From Vicinamibacterales bacterium (lineage in GTDB: Bacteria; Acidobacteriota; Vicinamibacteria; Vicinamibacterales; UBA8438), in contig OZ244051.1 of the NCBI GenBank assembly GCA_965215105.1, positions 5,073,003 through 5,137,002 of the forward strand: a DNA stretch of 64,000 nucleotides, written 5' to 3'. A model generated the notes under the pieces. It was not told where the DNA came from. It did no database searches and saw nothing but the letters and a program-made list of their open reading frames with translations. The position numbers were made by a program, and so were the translations under genes. Shown one piece after another: positions 48,720 to 59,271 of the stretch. Numbering within the stretch: position 1 is the first letter of the stretch; every line of letters starts with the position of its first letter.

Positions 48720-48953
48720 GCGGTCGACGGACGTGGCCGGGCGAGCGGCGGCGCCGCCCGACCTGCTCCGCGTCGCCGCACCACCAGGACGCGCAGGGCG
48801 CGTTGCCCCCCCGGCGGACTGGCAGGATTCCCGCTTCCCGGTCTGGCGTCACGTGCCCCGGCTGGGCGCGGGCGGCCATGGGAATCGCGGGATGCAGCCG
48901 GTTGATGCAGGCGGGGTCGGTGCGGCGCGGGGCTTCTCCTTCGGCGCGCCGGG

Positions 48954-51782
48954 TCAGGCTCGGGCGCCTTGCAGCCCGCCGGCGTCCCCGCCGGTCTCGG
49001 TGCGGCGCGGGGTCTCGCCGCCGGCCTGCGTGGTTCGGGGCGCCGGTGGCGCCGCGGTATCGACGGGCGGCGCCGCCCGTGCGCCGAGCGGCGCTGCCGC
49101 CCGCGCGGGCGGCGCCGGGGCCGGGACGGAGCCGGTTTCCTGCGCGGGCGCGCCCGGCTGCCGGCCCTCGTCCGCCGTCGGCGCGTCCGGCAGCGGCAGC
49201 AGGTCCAGCGTGGCCGCGGTGTCCGCGACGGCGGCGTCGACGGCCGCGACGGCGCGCGCCGACTGCCGCAGGGTGCGCGCGGCCCAGGCCGCCAGCAGCC
49301 CGGCGGCGCCGGCGATCCACGGCCAGTACGGGGCCGGGCCGGCGGCGGCGCCGGCGATCGCTCCCCCGGCGAGGCACGCGCCCAGGAGCCACAGCTTGGG
49401 GGTGGGCCGCAGCCGCCGGGCGACGCGGACGAGGCAGCGTCCCCCGCGATGCTCCTCGACGAGCACCCGCAGGTGCAGCCGCGCCCACCGGTTCAGGCCG
49501 ACGCTGATGTCGCGGTCCGCCTGCCAGCCGTCGTCTATCTCGACCGCCCGCACCCCGCGCGTCCGCTCGAGCCGGGCCGTCAGGTGACTGAGCAGCGCTT
49601 CTCCCGCGATCCAGGTCTCGCTCCAGTAGCGCCGGGGCGGGGTGCGGCGCGACGCGCCGGCCCACAGGTCCCGCACCGCGCCGGCCGGCGCCGCCGGGGC
49701 GCGTCGTCCGTTCGCCGGAGCGCGAACGACCTCGGGCGGGGACATCGCGCCTCGCAGTCGGCCCCACGCCCGGGCGAGGGGCTGGACGAAGTACAGCGAC
49801 GCGATGCGCGACCGGTAGAGGATGCGGCTCAGGCGGCGCGGGCGGCGGACCAGCGGCGGCAGGCGCTCGATGTCGGTGACGAGCGCGTAGCGGACGCAGC
49901 GGGCGACGGTGGTGCCGAGGGCGCCCGCGCCCACCGCCAGCAGCGCGAGGGCCAACCCGATCTGGTTCGTCGCCAGGGTCGCCCCGCCGAGCCCGATCAG
50001 GGCGGCGGCGGCGACCTGCCAGCGGGCCGAGTGAGGCATGAAGGCGAACGGATAGGTGTCGATGGTGTAGACCGACGGGAACGGCGCGGCGCCCCACGTG
50101 CCGCTGTTGACGCGGGCCCGGGTCAGCGAGCGGTGGAAGGGCAGGGGGCCGTAGATGCGCCCGCGCCAGCCGATGTGCAGCCCCTGGAACTGGTCGGGGT
50201 GGTGCGGCTTGAGCCACGACTCGCCCTCGCCGTAGCCGACCTGCTGGCGCCAGTAGGCGCGCAGCGACGCGCGGTGGCGGTGCCAGACGAGGGCGGACGG
50301 CGCGAACCCGACCTTCCAGCCGCGCGCCTGGAGGCGCCAGCAGATGTCGACGTCGTCGCCGGCGCGCAGGTAGATGGGGTTGAACCCGCCGACGGCGAGC
50401 AGGGCGTCGCGGCGGAACGCCATGTTGCAGCCGGGCACGTGCTCGGCGACGCGGTCGTCGAGCATGACCTGGGTGGGGCTGCCGGGCGCGCGCGCGATGC
50501 ACTGGGCCATCGGGGGGTCGTCGGCGGGGACGAGGTTGGGGCCGCCCGCGCCGACGACGTCCGAGGTCAGGAACGGCCGGACGAGGTGCGTGAGCCAGTC
50601 GGGGTCGACGCGCACGTCGCCGTCGGTATAGGCGACGATCTCGCCGGCGGCGTGCTCGAGCCCGACGTTGCGGGCCGCGCTCAGCCCGCCGTTGGGGATG
50701 TCGAGCACGGTGGCCGACGCGTGGCGGCGGGCGATGGCGCCGGTGTCGTCGCGCGACCCGTCGTTGACGACGATGATCTCGAAGTGGGGATAGCTCAGGT
50801 TCTCGATGGACGTGAGGCACTCGTCGATGGTGGCGGCCTCGTTGTAGGCGCACACCACGACCGAGATCTTCGGCCACGTCCGCCGCTCCGCCTCGGGGAA
50901 CGGCGCGTCCTCGAAAGCGCGAACGACCGCGCCGAGGGCCGGCTTGGGCCTGCGCGCCGTGTCCACGAGGCCGAACGCCCAGTCGTCGACCCGCCGCCCG
51001 CCCCGCCACCACTCGTCGGTCCACGCGAACACCACGGCCCCGCACGCCCCCTCGGAGAACGCGGTTCGGACGTGCATGGCGGCGATGGCGGCCTGGCCGT
51101 CCTCGCCCTCGCGCCGGCTGTCGGCCCCCGCCTCGGCGAGGAGCAGCGGGCGGTGTCCCGCCAGGTGCTGCAGCCGGGCGAGGTAGCGCCGCAGGTCCGC
51201 TTCCTCGTGCAGGTAGACGTTGAACGCGCAGACGTCGAGGAAGGGCAGCGACAGGTACTCGGTCGGCGGATAGTTCACGTAGGTCAGGAGGGCGTGGGGC
51301 GCCGCCGCCTTCACGTCGTGGTAGAGCTCGCGCAGGAAGCGCTCGACGCGGGCCTGCCCGTGCCAGCGGACGACGGGGGCGGGAATCTCGTTGCCGAGCG
51401 CGAAGACGAGGGCGGCGGGGTGGTCGGACAGCTCGCGCACTCGCGCGATGACGTCGCCGCGGACGCGGCGGCAGAGGTCGGGGTCGTCGAGGAACGCGAC
51501 GTGCTGCGGCCAGGGCAGGCCGATCATCATGCGCAGCCCGTGACGCGCGGCTTCGTCGAGCACCCGGGGAGGGGGCACGGTGTAGGTGCGGACGGTATTG
51601 AGGCCCGCTTCCCGCATCCGCGCGAAGTCCGCCGAGACAACGTCGGCCGCGGGAAACTGGTCGCCCGCCGCGTCGGGTGCGAAGGTGCCGTAAGAGACGC
51701 CCTTCACGAGAAACCGATCGCGCCCCAGCGACAGGAACTTGCCGTCGACGGCGGCTCGCGTCTCGGGGACCGGGGTAGTCAT
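48954..51782 (-). CDS. Fusion of a clan GH-A-like TIM barrel and a GT2 glycosyltransferase with C-terminal TMs
   Basis: 'KGVSYGTF', 'NTVRTY', 'GNEIP', 'LAEAG'; GT2 'SVVVCAYNE', 'VNDGSRD', 'YTDGD', 'GDDVD', 'QQVGYG'. Start set at the most downstream repeated Met; the frame is open to 52037. Confidence 0.88.
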   Translation of the reverse strand: MTTPVPETRAAVDGKFLSLGRDRFLVKGVSYGTFAPDAAGDQFPAADVVSADFARMREAGLNTVRTYTVPPPRVLDEAARHGLRMMIGLPWPQHVAFLDDPDLCRRVRGDVIARVRELSDHPAALVFALGNEIPAPVVRWHGQARVERFLRELYHDVKAAAPHALLTYVNYPPTEYLSLPFLDVCAFNVYLHEEADLRRYLARLQHLAGHRPLLLAEAGADSRREGEDGQAAIAAMHVRTAFSEGACGAVVFAWTDEWWRGGRRVDDWAFGLVDTARRPKPALGAVVRAFEDAPFPEAERRTWPKISVVVCAYNEAATIDECLTSIENLSYPHFEIIVVNDGSRDDTGAIARRHASATVLDIPNGGLSAARNVGLEHAAGEIVAYTDGDVRVDPDWLTHLVRPFLTSDVVGAGGPNLVPADDPPMAQCIARAPGSPTQVMLDDRVAEHVPGCNMAFRRDALLAVGGFNPIYLRAGDDVDICWRLQARGWKVGFAPSALVWHRHRASLRAYWRQQVGYGEGESWLKPHHPDQFQGLHIGWRGRIYGPLPFHRSLTRARVNSGTWGAAPFPSVYTIDTYPFAFMPHSARWQVAAAALIGLGGATLATNQIGLALALLAVGAGALGTTVARCVRYALVTDIERLPPLVRRPRRLSRILYRSRIASLYFVQPLARAWGRLRGAMSPPEVVRAPANGRRAPAAPAGAVRDLWAGASRRTPPRRYWSETWIAGEALLSHLTARLERTRGVRAVEIDDGWQADRDISVGLNRWARLHLRVLVEEHRGGRCLVRVARRLRPTPKLWLLGACLAGGAIAGAAAGPAPYWPWIAGAAGLLAAWAARTLRQSARAVAAVDAAVADTAATLDLLPLPDAPTADEGRQPGAPAQETGSVPAPAPPARAAAPLGARAAPPVDTAAPPAPRTTQAGGETPRRTETGGDAGGLQGARA

Positions 51783-51965
51783 TGGGGAGAATACGGACGT
51801 GGCGCCGGTCCCCTCGCGCCCGAGCGACAGGGACCTGCCGTCGACGGCGGCTCGCGTCCCGGGGACCGCGGTAGTCATCAAGGGCAGTACGGGCGTGGCG
51901 CCGGTCCCTTCGTGCCCGAGCGACAGGAACTCGCCGTCGACGGCGGCTCGCGTCGTGGGGACCGC
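51721..51965 (-). repeat. 96-bp tandem repeat (~2.5 copies) duplicating the 5' end of the GH-GT2 gene
   Basis: 'TRAAVDG(E/R/K)(F/S)LSLG' occurs three times; Met codons at 51878 and 51782 are 96 bp apart. Confidence 0.88.
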
Positions 51966-52046
51966 GTCGTCCTTGCGGACGACGCGGGGGCGCCGGGTCC
52001 CCGCCGGCCGGGGCGCGCCGGCGCCCCGCGGCGTCACGCGCGTCCT

Positions 52047-53684
52047 CTACTCGTCCTCGCGGATGGTCGGGTACTCGATCCCGAGCTGCTCCAGGTAGGT
52101 GTCGTAGCGCGACGGGTCGTAGTAGTACTGCTCGAGCTGCGGCTTGAACGTCTGCATGATCTCGGCGTTCAGCCAGATCGCGGGCTCGTCCTCGGGCCGC
52201 AGGAACGAGGTGTACTCGGTGTCCGCCTTCTGGACGCTCTCGAAGTAGTCGCGCGCGTCCTCCGCCAGCGACGGGGTCAGGAGGATGTCGAGCAGGGTCC
52301 GGGCGAAGACCTTGGCGCCGGCGGTGGCCCCCTTGTGCGCGATGGGGGTGGCCATGGCGATGGACTTGTTCCAGTTGTGGTTCGGTCCGCCGGGGATGTT
52401 CGACGGGAAGCGGAGCACCACCGTCGGCACCACCCACGAGATGTCGCCGATGTCGTCCGACCCGCCGCCCCGCCGCTGCGAGTCGGGGATGTCCTCGCGG
52501 CCCCGCAGCTCGCGGCCGAGCTCGGTCGGGAGCCCGCGCTCCTCGACCCCGAGTTCCTTCTGCAGCGCCCGGGCCAGCCGCTGGTCCTTGTCGCTCCACT
52601 CGGGCATGCCGACCTCGAGCATGTTGGCGTGCATCGCCTCGGCCAGCGGCCGGTTCATGTGCTGCGGCCAGGCGGCGCCGAGAACGCGCGACTCGACGGT
52701 GGTGGCGGTCATGAGGGCGGCGCCGTCCGCCATCTGGTCGCCGATCTCCCACATGCGCATGATGCTGGGATAGTCGGTCTCGCGGAAGAAGTACCAGACG
52801 GCGGCGGTCGGGGGCACGACGTTGGGCTGGTCGCCGCCGTCGGTGATGACGTAGTGCGAGCGCTGCTGGATGCGGAGATGCTCGCGGCGGAAGTTCCAGC
52901 CGATGTTCATCAGCTCGACCGCGTCGAGGGCGCTGCGCCCGTCCCAGGGCGAGCCGGCGCCGTGGGCGCTCTCGCCCTCGAACAGGTACTCGACCGACAC
53001 CATGCCGTTGCCCCCGCTCTCGCCCCAGCTCGTGGTCATGTCGCTGCTGACGTGCGAGTAGAGGACGATGTCGACGTCGTCGAACAGGCCCGCCCGGACG
53101 TAGTAGGCCTTGGCCCCGAGCTGCTCCTCCGCGATGCCCGGCCAGATGACGAGGGTGCCGGGCAGGTCCTCGCGCTGCATGATCTTCTGGACCGCGAGGG
53201 CCGCGGTGATGTTGAGGGCCTGGCCCGAGTTGTGCCCCTCGCCGTGGCCGGGGGCGCCGGGGACGAGGGGCTCGCGCCACGCGACCCCGGGCTTCTGCGA
53301 CGACTGGGGAATGCCGTCGACGTCGGTGCCCAGGGCGATGACCGGGGAGCCCGAGCCCCAGGTGGCCCACCACGCGCTCGGAATGCCCGCCACGCCCTGC
53401 TCCACCGCGAACCCGTGGTCCTCGAGGATGCCGGTGACGTAGCGCTGCGTCTCGAACTCCTGGAAGCCCAGCTCGCCGAAGCTGAAGAGCATGTCGACCA
53501 GTTGCTGCGTGAAGTCGCGGCGGCTGTCGACGTCGACGACGACCTCGGCCTTCAGCTCGGCGAGCCGCGAGGACTCCTGCCGCGCCGCGGCCGCGGTGGT
53601 CGGCGGCTCGGGCTGCGGGAGGGAGAGCAGGACGAGGGCGCCGGTCGCGGCGGCGGTGGCCCAGGTGAAGGGTGCAAGGCGCAT
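52047..53684 (-). CDS. Secreted M20 amidohydrolase (AbgB-like)
   Basis: Signal peptide, 'ELGFQEFET', 'GHGEGHNSG', 'AEEQLG', 'GRSALDAVELMN', 'GGSDDIGDISW'. Confidence 0.88.
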   Translation of the reverse strand: MRLAPFTWATAAATGALVLLSLPQPEPPTTAAAARQESSRLAELKAEVVVDVDSRRDFTQQLVDMLFSFGELGFQEFETQRYVTGILEDHGFAVEQGVAGIPSAWWATWGSGSPVIALGTDVDGIPQSSQKPGVAWREPLVPGAPGHGEGHNSGQALNITAALAVQKIMQREDLPGTLVIWPGIAEEQLGAKAYYVRAGLFDDVDIVLYSHVSSDMTTSWGESGGNGMVSVEYLFEGESAHGAGSPWDGRSALDAVELMNIGWNFRREHLRIQQRSHYVITDGGDQPNVVPPTAAVWYFFRETDYPSIMRMWEIGDQMADGAALMTATTVESRVLGAAWPQHMNRPLAEAMHANMLEVGMPEWSDKDQRLARALQKELGVEERGLPTELGRELRGREDIPDSQRRGGGSDDIGDISWVVPTVVLRFPSNIPGGPNHNWNKSIAMATPIAHKGATAGAKVFARTLLDILLTPSLAEDARDYFESVQKADTEYTSFLRPEDEPAIWLNAEIMQTFKPQLEQYYYDPSRYDTYLEQLGIEYPTIREDE

Positions 53685-53991
53685 GGCGGTCTCCCGAGGT
53701 GGAGTTTCCGGTTTCGACGAGACGGATCGCGCTCGCATCGACGGAGCGTCGAATCTGTAATCCTATGGTATTTCGCCCGCTTCCGCACCAGGGATCCGCG
53801 CTGGAAGTCCTTCTCGACCGCGGGGCGCCTGGGGGCTTCCACGGGATTCCGGTCGCTCGTCGTCCGGGAGCTTCGGCCGGAGCGGAGCGCGACGCGGCGA
53901 CGCGAATCGAGGTGGTCGGCAGCGCCGACTCCGCCCGCCGGTGAGAGAATGGAGCGAGAAGGGAGCGGCCTCGCGCCGCGCGGGAACCGCC

Positions 53992-55254
53992 ATGCGCTAC
54001 GCCGTCACCACGTTCGGTTGCCGCGTCAACCAGGCCGATTCGCTGCAACTGGAGCTGCAGCTCCGCGCCCGCGGGGCCGTCCCGGCGCCTGTCGCCGAGG
54101 CCGACGTCGTGGTCGTCAACAGTTGCTCGGTGACGGCGGCGGCGGACCAGGGCGTCCGGCAGGCGTTGCGGCGGGCGGCGCGGGAGAACCCCGGCGCGCG
54201 GCTGGTCGCCACCGGCTGCTACGCGACCCGCGCCGGCGACGAGATCGCGGCCCTGCCGGGGGCGCCCGAGGTGGTGCCGAACGGCGACAAGGACACCCTC
54301 GTCGACCGGTTGCTGCCCGGCGCCGCGACCACCGCCGAGCGCTTCGGGGACGGCGCGGGGCCGTGCGGCGCCCTCGTGTCGCCCTCGAGCATCGGCCGGG
54401 TGGCGTTCATGCTCCGCGTGCAGACCGGCTGCGACGAGGCGTGCTCCTACTGCATCATCCCCACGACGCGCGGGCGCCGGCGCAGCCTCGAGCCCCGGCG
54501 CGTGCTCGCCGCCCTCGACCACGCGGCGGCGAGCGGGTTCCACGAGGTGGTGCTGAACGGGGTCCATCTCGGCTCGTACGGGCGCGACCTCGACCCGCCG
54601 TCCAGCCTCACCGCCCTGCTGCGGGCCGTCGACGGCCATCCGTCCGACGTGACCTGCCGCATCAGCTCGCTCGAGCCTATGGACTGTCCCCCCGAGCTGG
54701 TGGACCTGGTGGCCGCGAGCGGCCGGTTCGCGCCGCACTTCCACCTGCCGCTGCAGCACGCCAGCGACCGGATGCTGCGGCGCATGCGGCGTCCATACAC
54801 CCTCGACCTGTATCGGCGGGTCGTCGACCGGGTGCGCGAGCGGATGCCCCACGCGGGCATCGGCGCCGACCTCATCGCGGGGTTCCCCGGCGAGGGGGAG
54901 GAGGACGCGCGCCGCACTCTCGACTACGTGGCGTCGAGCCCCCTCACCTACCTGCACGTCTTCCCCTGGTCGCCTCGCGAGGGCACCGAGGCGTGCGGGA
55001 TGCCCGACCGGGTGCCGGGACCGGTGGTGCGGGAACGGGCGCGCGCCCTCCGCGACGCCGGCGCCGATCTCGCGCGCCGCTTCCGCCGGAGTCAGGTCGG
55101 CGCGGTGCGGCCCGGGCTGACCCTCGATGGCGGGGCGGTTGTCGCCACCGACAACTATCTCAAGGTCCCGGTGCCCCCCGTCGGCACCGCCAACCGGCGG
55201 GTGCGGGTGCGAATCACCGGGGCCGATCCCTTGGCCGGCGTGCTGGTGTCCTGA
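53992..55254 (+). CDS. mtaB: tRNA t6A37 methylthiotransferase (radical SAM, MiaB/RimO/MtaB family)
   Basis: 'TFGCRVNQADS', 'NSCSVT', 'ATGCYA', 'QTGCDEACSYCIIP', 'GVHLGSYG', 'ISSLEP', 'LHVFPWSPREGT'. Confidence 0.88.
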   Translation: MRYAVTTFGCRVNQADSLQLELQLRARGAVPAPVAEADVVVVNSCSVTAAADQGVRQALRRAARENPGARLVATGCYATRAGDEIAALPGAPEVVPNGDKDTLVDRLLPGAATTAERFGDGAGPCGALVSPSSIGRVAFMLRVQTGCDEACSYCIIPTTRGRRRSLEPRRVLAALDHAAASGFHEVVLNGVHLGSYGRDLDPPSSLTALLRAVDGHPSDVTCRISSLEPMDCPPELVDLVAASGRFAPHFHLPLQHASDRMLRRMRRPYTLDLYRRVVDRVRERMPHAGIGADLIAGFPGEGEEDARRTLDYVASSPLTYLHVFPWSPREGTEACGMPDRVPGPVVRERARALRDAGADLARRFRRSQVGAVRPGLTLDGGAVVATDNYLKVPVPPVGTANRRVRVRITGADPLAGVLVS

Positions 55255-55268
55255 CGCCAGGGTCCGTA

Positions 55269-55357
55269 CTAGCCCGCCAATCGTCGCCTGCGGCTCCGCT
55301 TGGCGCCCAACCAACCCTGCCAGGAGTCTGCACCGTTCTTACGGCGCAGACTCCTGG
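55269..55357 (-). repeat. Best-preserved copy of the ~88-bp REP-like repeat
   Basis: ctagcccgccaatcgtcgcctgcggctccgcttggcgcccaaccaaccctgccaggagtctgcaccgttcttacggcgcagactcctgg; terminal hairpin at 55323-55354. Confidence 0.88.
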
Positions 55358-55484
55358 CACGTTCCTTTCATGGACGTGGATGAATACCCCTGCTTGCGGG
55401 GCAGGGTGGCGGCCGGAGCGGGTGCGTGTGCCGGTTCGGCTGTGCAATACTGGCGGGTACCCGCCGTGAAGGGATGGTGACGCA

Positions 55485-55754
55485 GTGAGCGCCGAGTTCA
55501 TCACGCTCGTCCTGGGCATTCTGACGCTGGCCGGGGGGCAGATCGCCACCGCGCTGGTCCTCGTCGGCCGAATGGATCGGCAGGCGGACCAGACGAATCA
55601 GCGTTTCGACGGTGTCAACCAGCGTTTCGACGACGTCAACAGGCGTTTCGACGACATGGGCCGCGATTTCGCCGATCTGCGCGAGCGGATGGCGCGGCTG
55701 GAGGGCGTCATGGAGGGCTTCGTGGCCGGCCGCCGTGACCGTGGCGTCGCCTGA
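55485..55754 (+). CDS. Small TM + coiled-coil protein with heptad (21-bp) repeats
   Basis: N-terminal hydrophobic helix, 'NQRFDGV-NQRFDDV-NRRFDDM', 'LRERMARLEG'. Confidence 0.75.
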   Translation: MSAEFITLVLGILTLAGGQIATALVLVGRMDRQADQTNQRFDGVNQRFDDVNRRFDDMGRDFADLRERMARLEGVMEGFVAGRRDRGVA

Positions 55755-55810
55755 CTCCGGTTCCCGGCGCCGCCCGTCATGAAATCCACCGAATCCGCCG
55801 GGGGCACATC

Positions 55811-57793
55811 ATGAGACTGTCGACGTTGTCCGTCGTCTGCCTGGCTGCGGGGCTCCTGGCCGCCGCTTCCGTCCCCGCATCGGCGCAGTACGGCGCCACC
55901 GGCGGCGAATGGCGCGCCTACGGCGGCGACCAGGGAGGCACCAAGTACTCGCCGCTGGACCAGATAGACGCGGCGAACTTCGAGGACCTGCGCATCGCGT
56001 GGCGCTGGCCGTCGGCCGACGCCGCGCTCGACCTCGAGGCGCTGCGCGAGCGGCTCGGACAGTTCTCGATCCGGGGGTTCCAGGCGACGCCGCTGATGAT
56101 CGGCGGCACCCTGTACCTGTCGACGGCGATGTACCAGGTGGCGGCCCTCGACGCCGGCACCGGCGAGACCCGCTGGGTGTACGACCCGCAGGTGTACCTG
56201 GAGGGTCGGCCGACGCACGGCTACGGCTCGCGGGGCATCGCGTACTGGGCCGACGAGGAGAGCGACGACGAGCGCATCTTCTGGGGCACCAGCGAAGGCT
56301 GGCTGCACGCCGTCGATGCCAGGACGGGGCGGCCGGTGCCCACCTTCGGCTCGGGCGGCCGCGTGGACCTGACCGAGGGCATCCCCCGCGCGGACCGGAG
56401 CGCGGTGAACTACCAGGGCCGCAACCTGCTCCAGGTCAAGTCGCCGCCGGTGGTCCTGCGCGACGTCGTCGTCACCCCGACCATCATCTCCGATTTCGTC
56501 ATCCGTCGGGAGGCGCCGCCGGGCTGGGTCAAGGGCATCGACGCCCGCACCGGCGACACGCGGTGGGTGTTCCGCACCGTGCCGCAGGCGGACGACTTCG
56601 GGGCCGACACCTGGCTGAACGAGTCGTGGCGCTACTCCGGGAACGCCAACATCTGGCCGCCCATGAGCGCCGACGAGGAGACCGGCTACGTCTTCCTGCC
56701 CACCGGCACGCCCACCAGCGACTACTACGGCGGGCACCGGCCGGGCGACAACCTGTTCGCGGAGAGCATCGTCGCCGTCGACATGGAGACGGGCCAGCGC
56801 ATGTGGCACTTCCAGGCGGTGCACCACGGGGTCTGGGACTACGACTTCCCGGCCGCGCCGAGCCTCGTCGACGTCACCGTCGACGGGCGGTCCGTCAAGG
56901 CGCTCGCCCAGGTGAGCAAGCAGGGCTTCACCTACGTCTTCGACCGGGTGACCGGCGACCCCGTGTGGCCCATCGAGGAGCGTCCGGTCGAGACCGACAC
57001 CGACCTGGAGGGCGAGGTGTTGTCGCCGACCCAGCCGTTCCCCACCAGGCCGGCCCCGTTCGAGTACCAGGGGATCGGCATCGACGACCTCGTCGACTTC
57101 ACCCCCGAGATCCGGGCCCTCGCCGTCGAGGCGGTCCGGAACTTCCGGCTCGGGCCGCTGTTCACGCCGCCGATGCTCAGCGTCGAGGGCGGCCTGCAGG
57201 GCACGATTCAGCGGCCCCACATCGCGGGCGGGGCGAGCTGGAGCGGGTCGGCCGTCGACCCCGAGACGGGGCTGCTGTACGTGCCGTCCGAGAACCGCTT
57301 CTCGGTCATCAAGTACTACACGCCCGACCCCGCCGAGGGCGGCAACCTGCGCTACACCCAGGCCGACTTCGACAGCGGCACCCAGCCCGTCATGCCACAG
57401 GGGCTGCCGCTGCTGAAGCCGCCGTACTCGCGCATGACCGCCATCGACCTGAACACCGGCGACCATGCCTGGATGCAGCCCAACGGTGACGGCGACCGGC
57501 TGCGCAACCATCCCCGGCTGCGCGACCTCGACCTGCCGCCGCTCGGCGGCGAGGGCCACGGCGGTCCGCTGCTCACGCCCACCCTGCTGATCAGCGCTCT
57601 GTCCGCCGGCGGGTCCGACGGCGGTCCGCGTCTCGTGGCGCGGGACAAGGCGACGGGCGAGATACTCGCGTCGCTCGACCTGCCGGCCGGGGCCATCGGC
57701 ACGCCGATGACCTACCTGCACGACGGCGCGCAGCACATCGCGCTGACCGTCGGCGGCGAGGTGCCCGAGCTGATTTCGTTGCGCCTGCCCTGA
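55811..57793 (+). CDS. PQQ-dependent dehydrogenase (quinoprotein glucose dehydrogenase-like)
   Basis: Signal peptide, 'KYSPLDQI', 'QATPL', 'DYYGGHRPGDNLF', 'HHGVWDYD', 'TQPFP', 'KPPY', 'TPMTY'. Confidence 0.92.
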   Translation: MRLSTLSVVCLAAGLLAAASVPASAQYGATGGEWRAYGGDQGGTKYSPLDQIDAANFEDLRIAWRWPSADAALDLEALRERLGQFSIRGFQATPLMIGGTLYLSTAMYQVAALDAGTGETRWVYDPQVYLEGRPTHGYGSRGIAYWADEESDDERIFWGTSEGWLHAVDARTGRPVPTFGSGGRVDLTEGIPRADRSAVNYQGRNLLQVKSPPVVLRDVVVTPTIISDFVIRREAPPGWVKGIDARTGDTRWVFRTVPQADDFGADTWLNESWRYSGNANIWPPMSADEETGYVFLPTGTPTSDYYGGHRPGDNLFAESIVAVDMETGQRMWHFQAVHHGVWDYDFPAAPSLVDVTVDGRSVKALAQVSKQGFTYVFDRVTGDPVWPIEERPVETDTDLEGEVLSPTQPFPTRPAPFEYQGIGIDDLVDFTPEIRALAVEAVRNFRLGPLFTPPMLSVEGGLQGTIQRPHIAGGASWSGSAVDPETGLLYVPSENRFSVIKYYTPDPAEGGNLRYTQADFDSGTQPVMPQGLPLLKPPYSRMTAIDLNTGDHAWMQPNGDGDRLRNHPRLRDLDLPPLGGEGHGGPLLTPTLLISALSAGGSDGGPRLVARDKATGEILASLDLPAGAIGTPMTYLHDGAQHIALTVGGEVPELISLRLP

Positions 57794-57971
57794 CGGCGCG
57801 ACCGCGCGCCCGCGCGACCTGCGGTCGCGTTGGGAGTTTCGCTGGCGCGAAACTCCTTCCGGCTCGCCAATCGCCGCCTGGCTCCGCTCGTCCGCCAGGC
57901 GTGCAGGCAACCGGAAGGACCAGACTGAAACACGACCTGCGTCCGCGTGGGTTCACGGCGCGGACTTGCGG

Positions 57972-59054
<1,083 letters not shown>

Positions 59055-59147
59055 GCATCAACAGTACCATGTCGGCGATCCCGCCCGCCGCGGCGGGGCC
59101 GCGCCGGCGCGCCGCGGGGCCTTCGCCGCGGGGCCGCCGCCGCCGGG

Positions 59148-59176
59148 TTGATGCGCAAGGCGGTTCGTGATAGACT
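59148..59176 (+). promoter_or_regulatory. Putative sigma70 promoter of the M16 peptidase-pur operon
   Basis: TTGATG-17bp-TAGACT with an extended -10 TG. Confidence 0.55.
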
Positions 59177-59271
59177 TCCAGCGTCGTAGCCGGCATCTAA
59201 CTATCTCTATCCAATACCACTTACGGCAACGTCAGCCTGCGGGCTCCGACGGCGGACGGACTGTATCACCC

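Noticed and set aside
48556-55469. Giant ORFs of 2252 aa (-) and 2166 aa (+), and similar long ORFs such as 39173..43147, 39888..43973 and 30882..33716
   Set aside because: Shadow frames caused by high GC and stop-codon scarcity. They are Arg/Pro/Gly/Ala-rich, lack motifs, and overlap well-supported genes.
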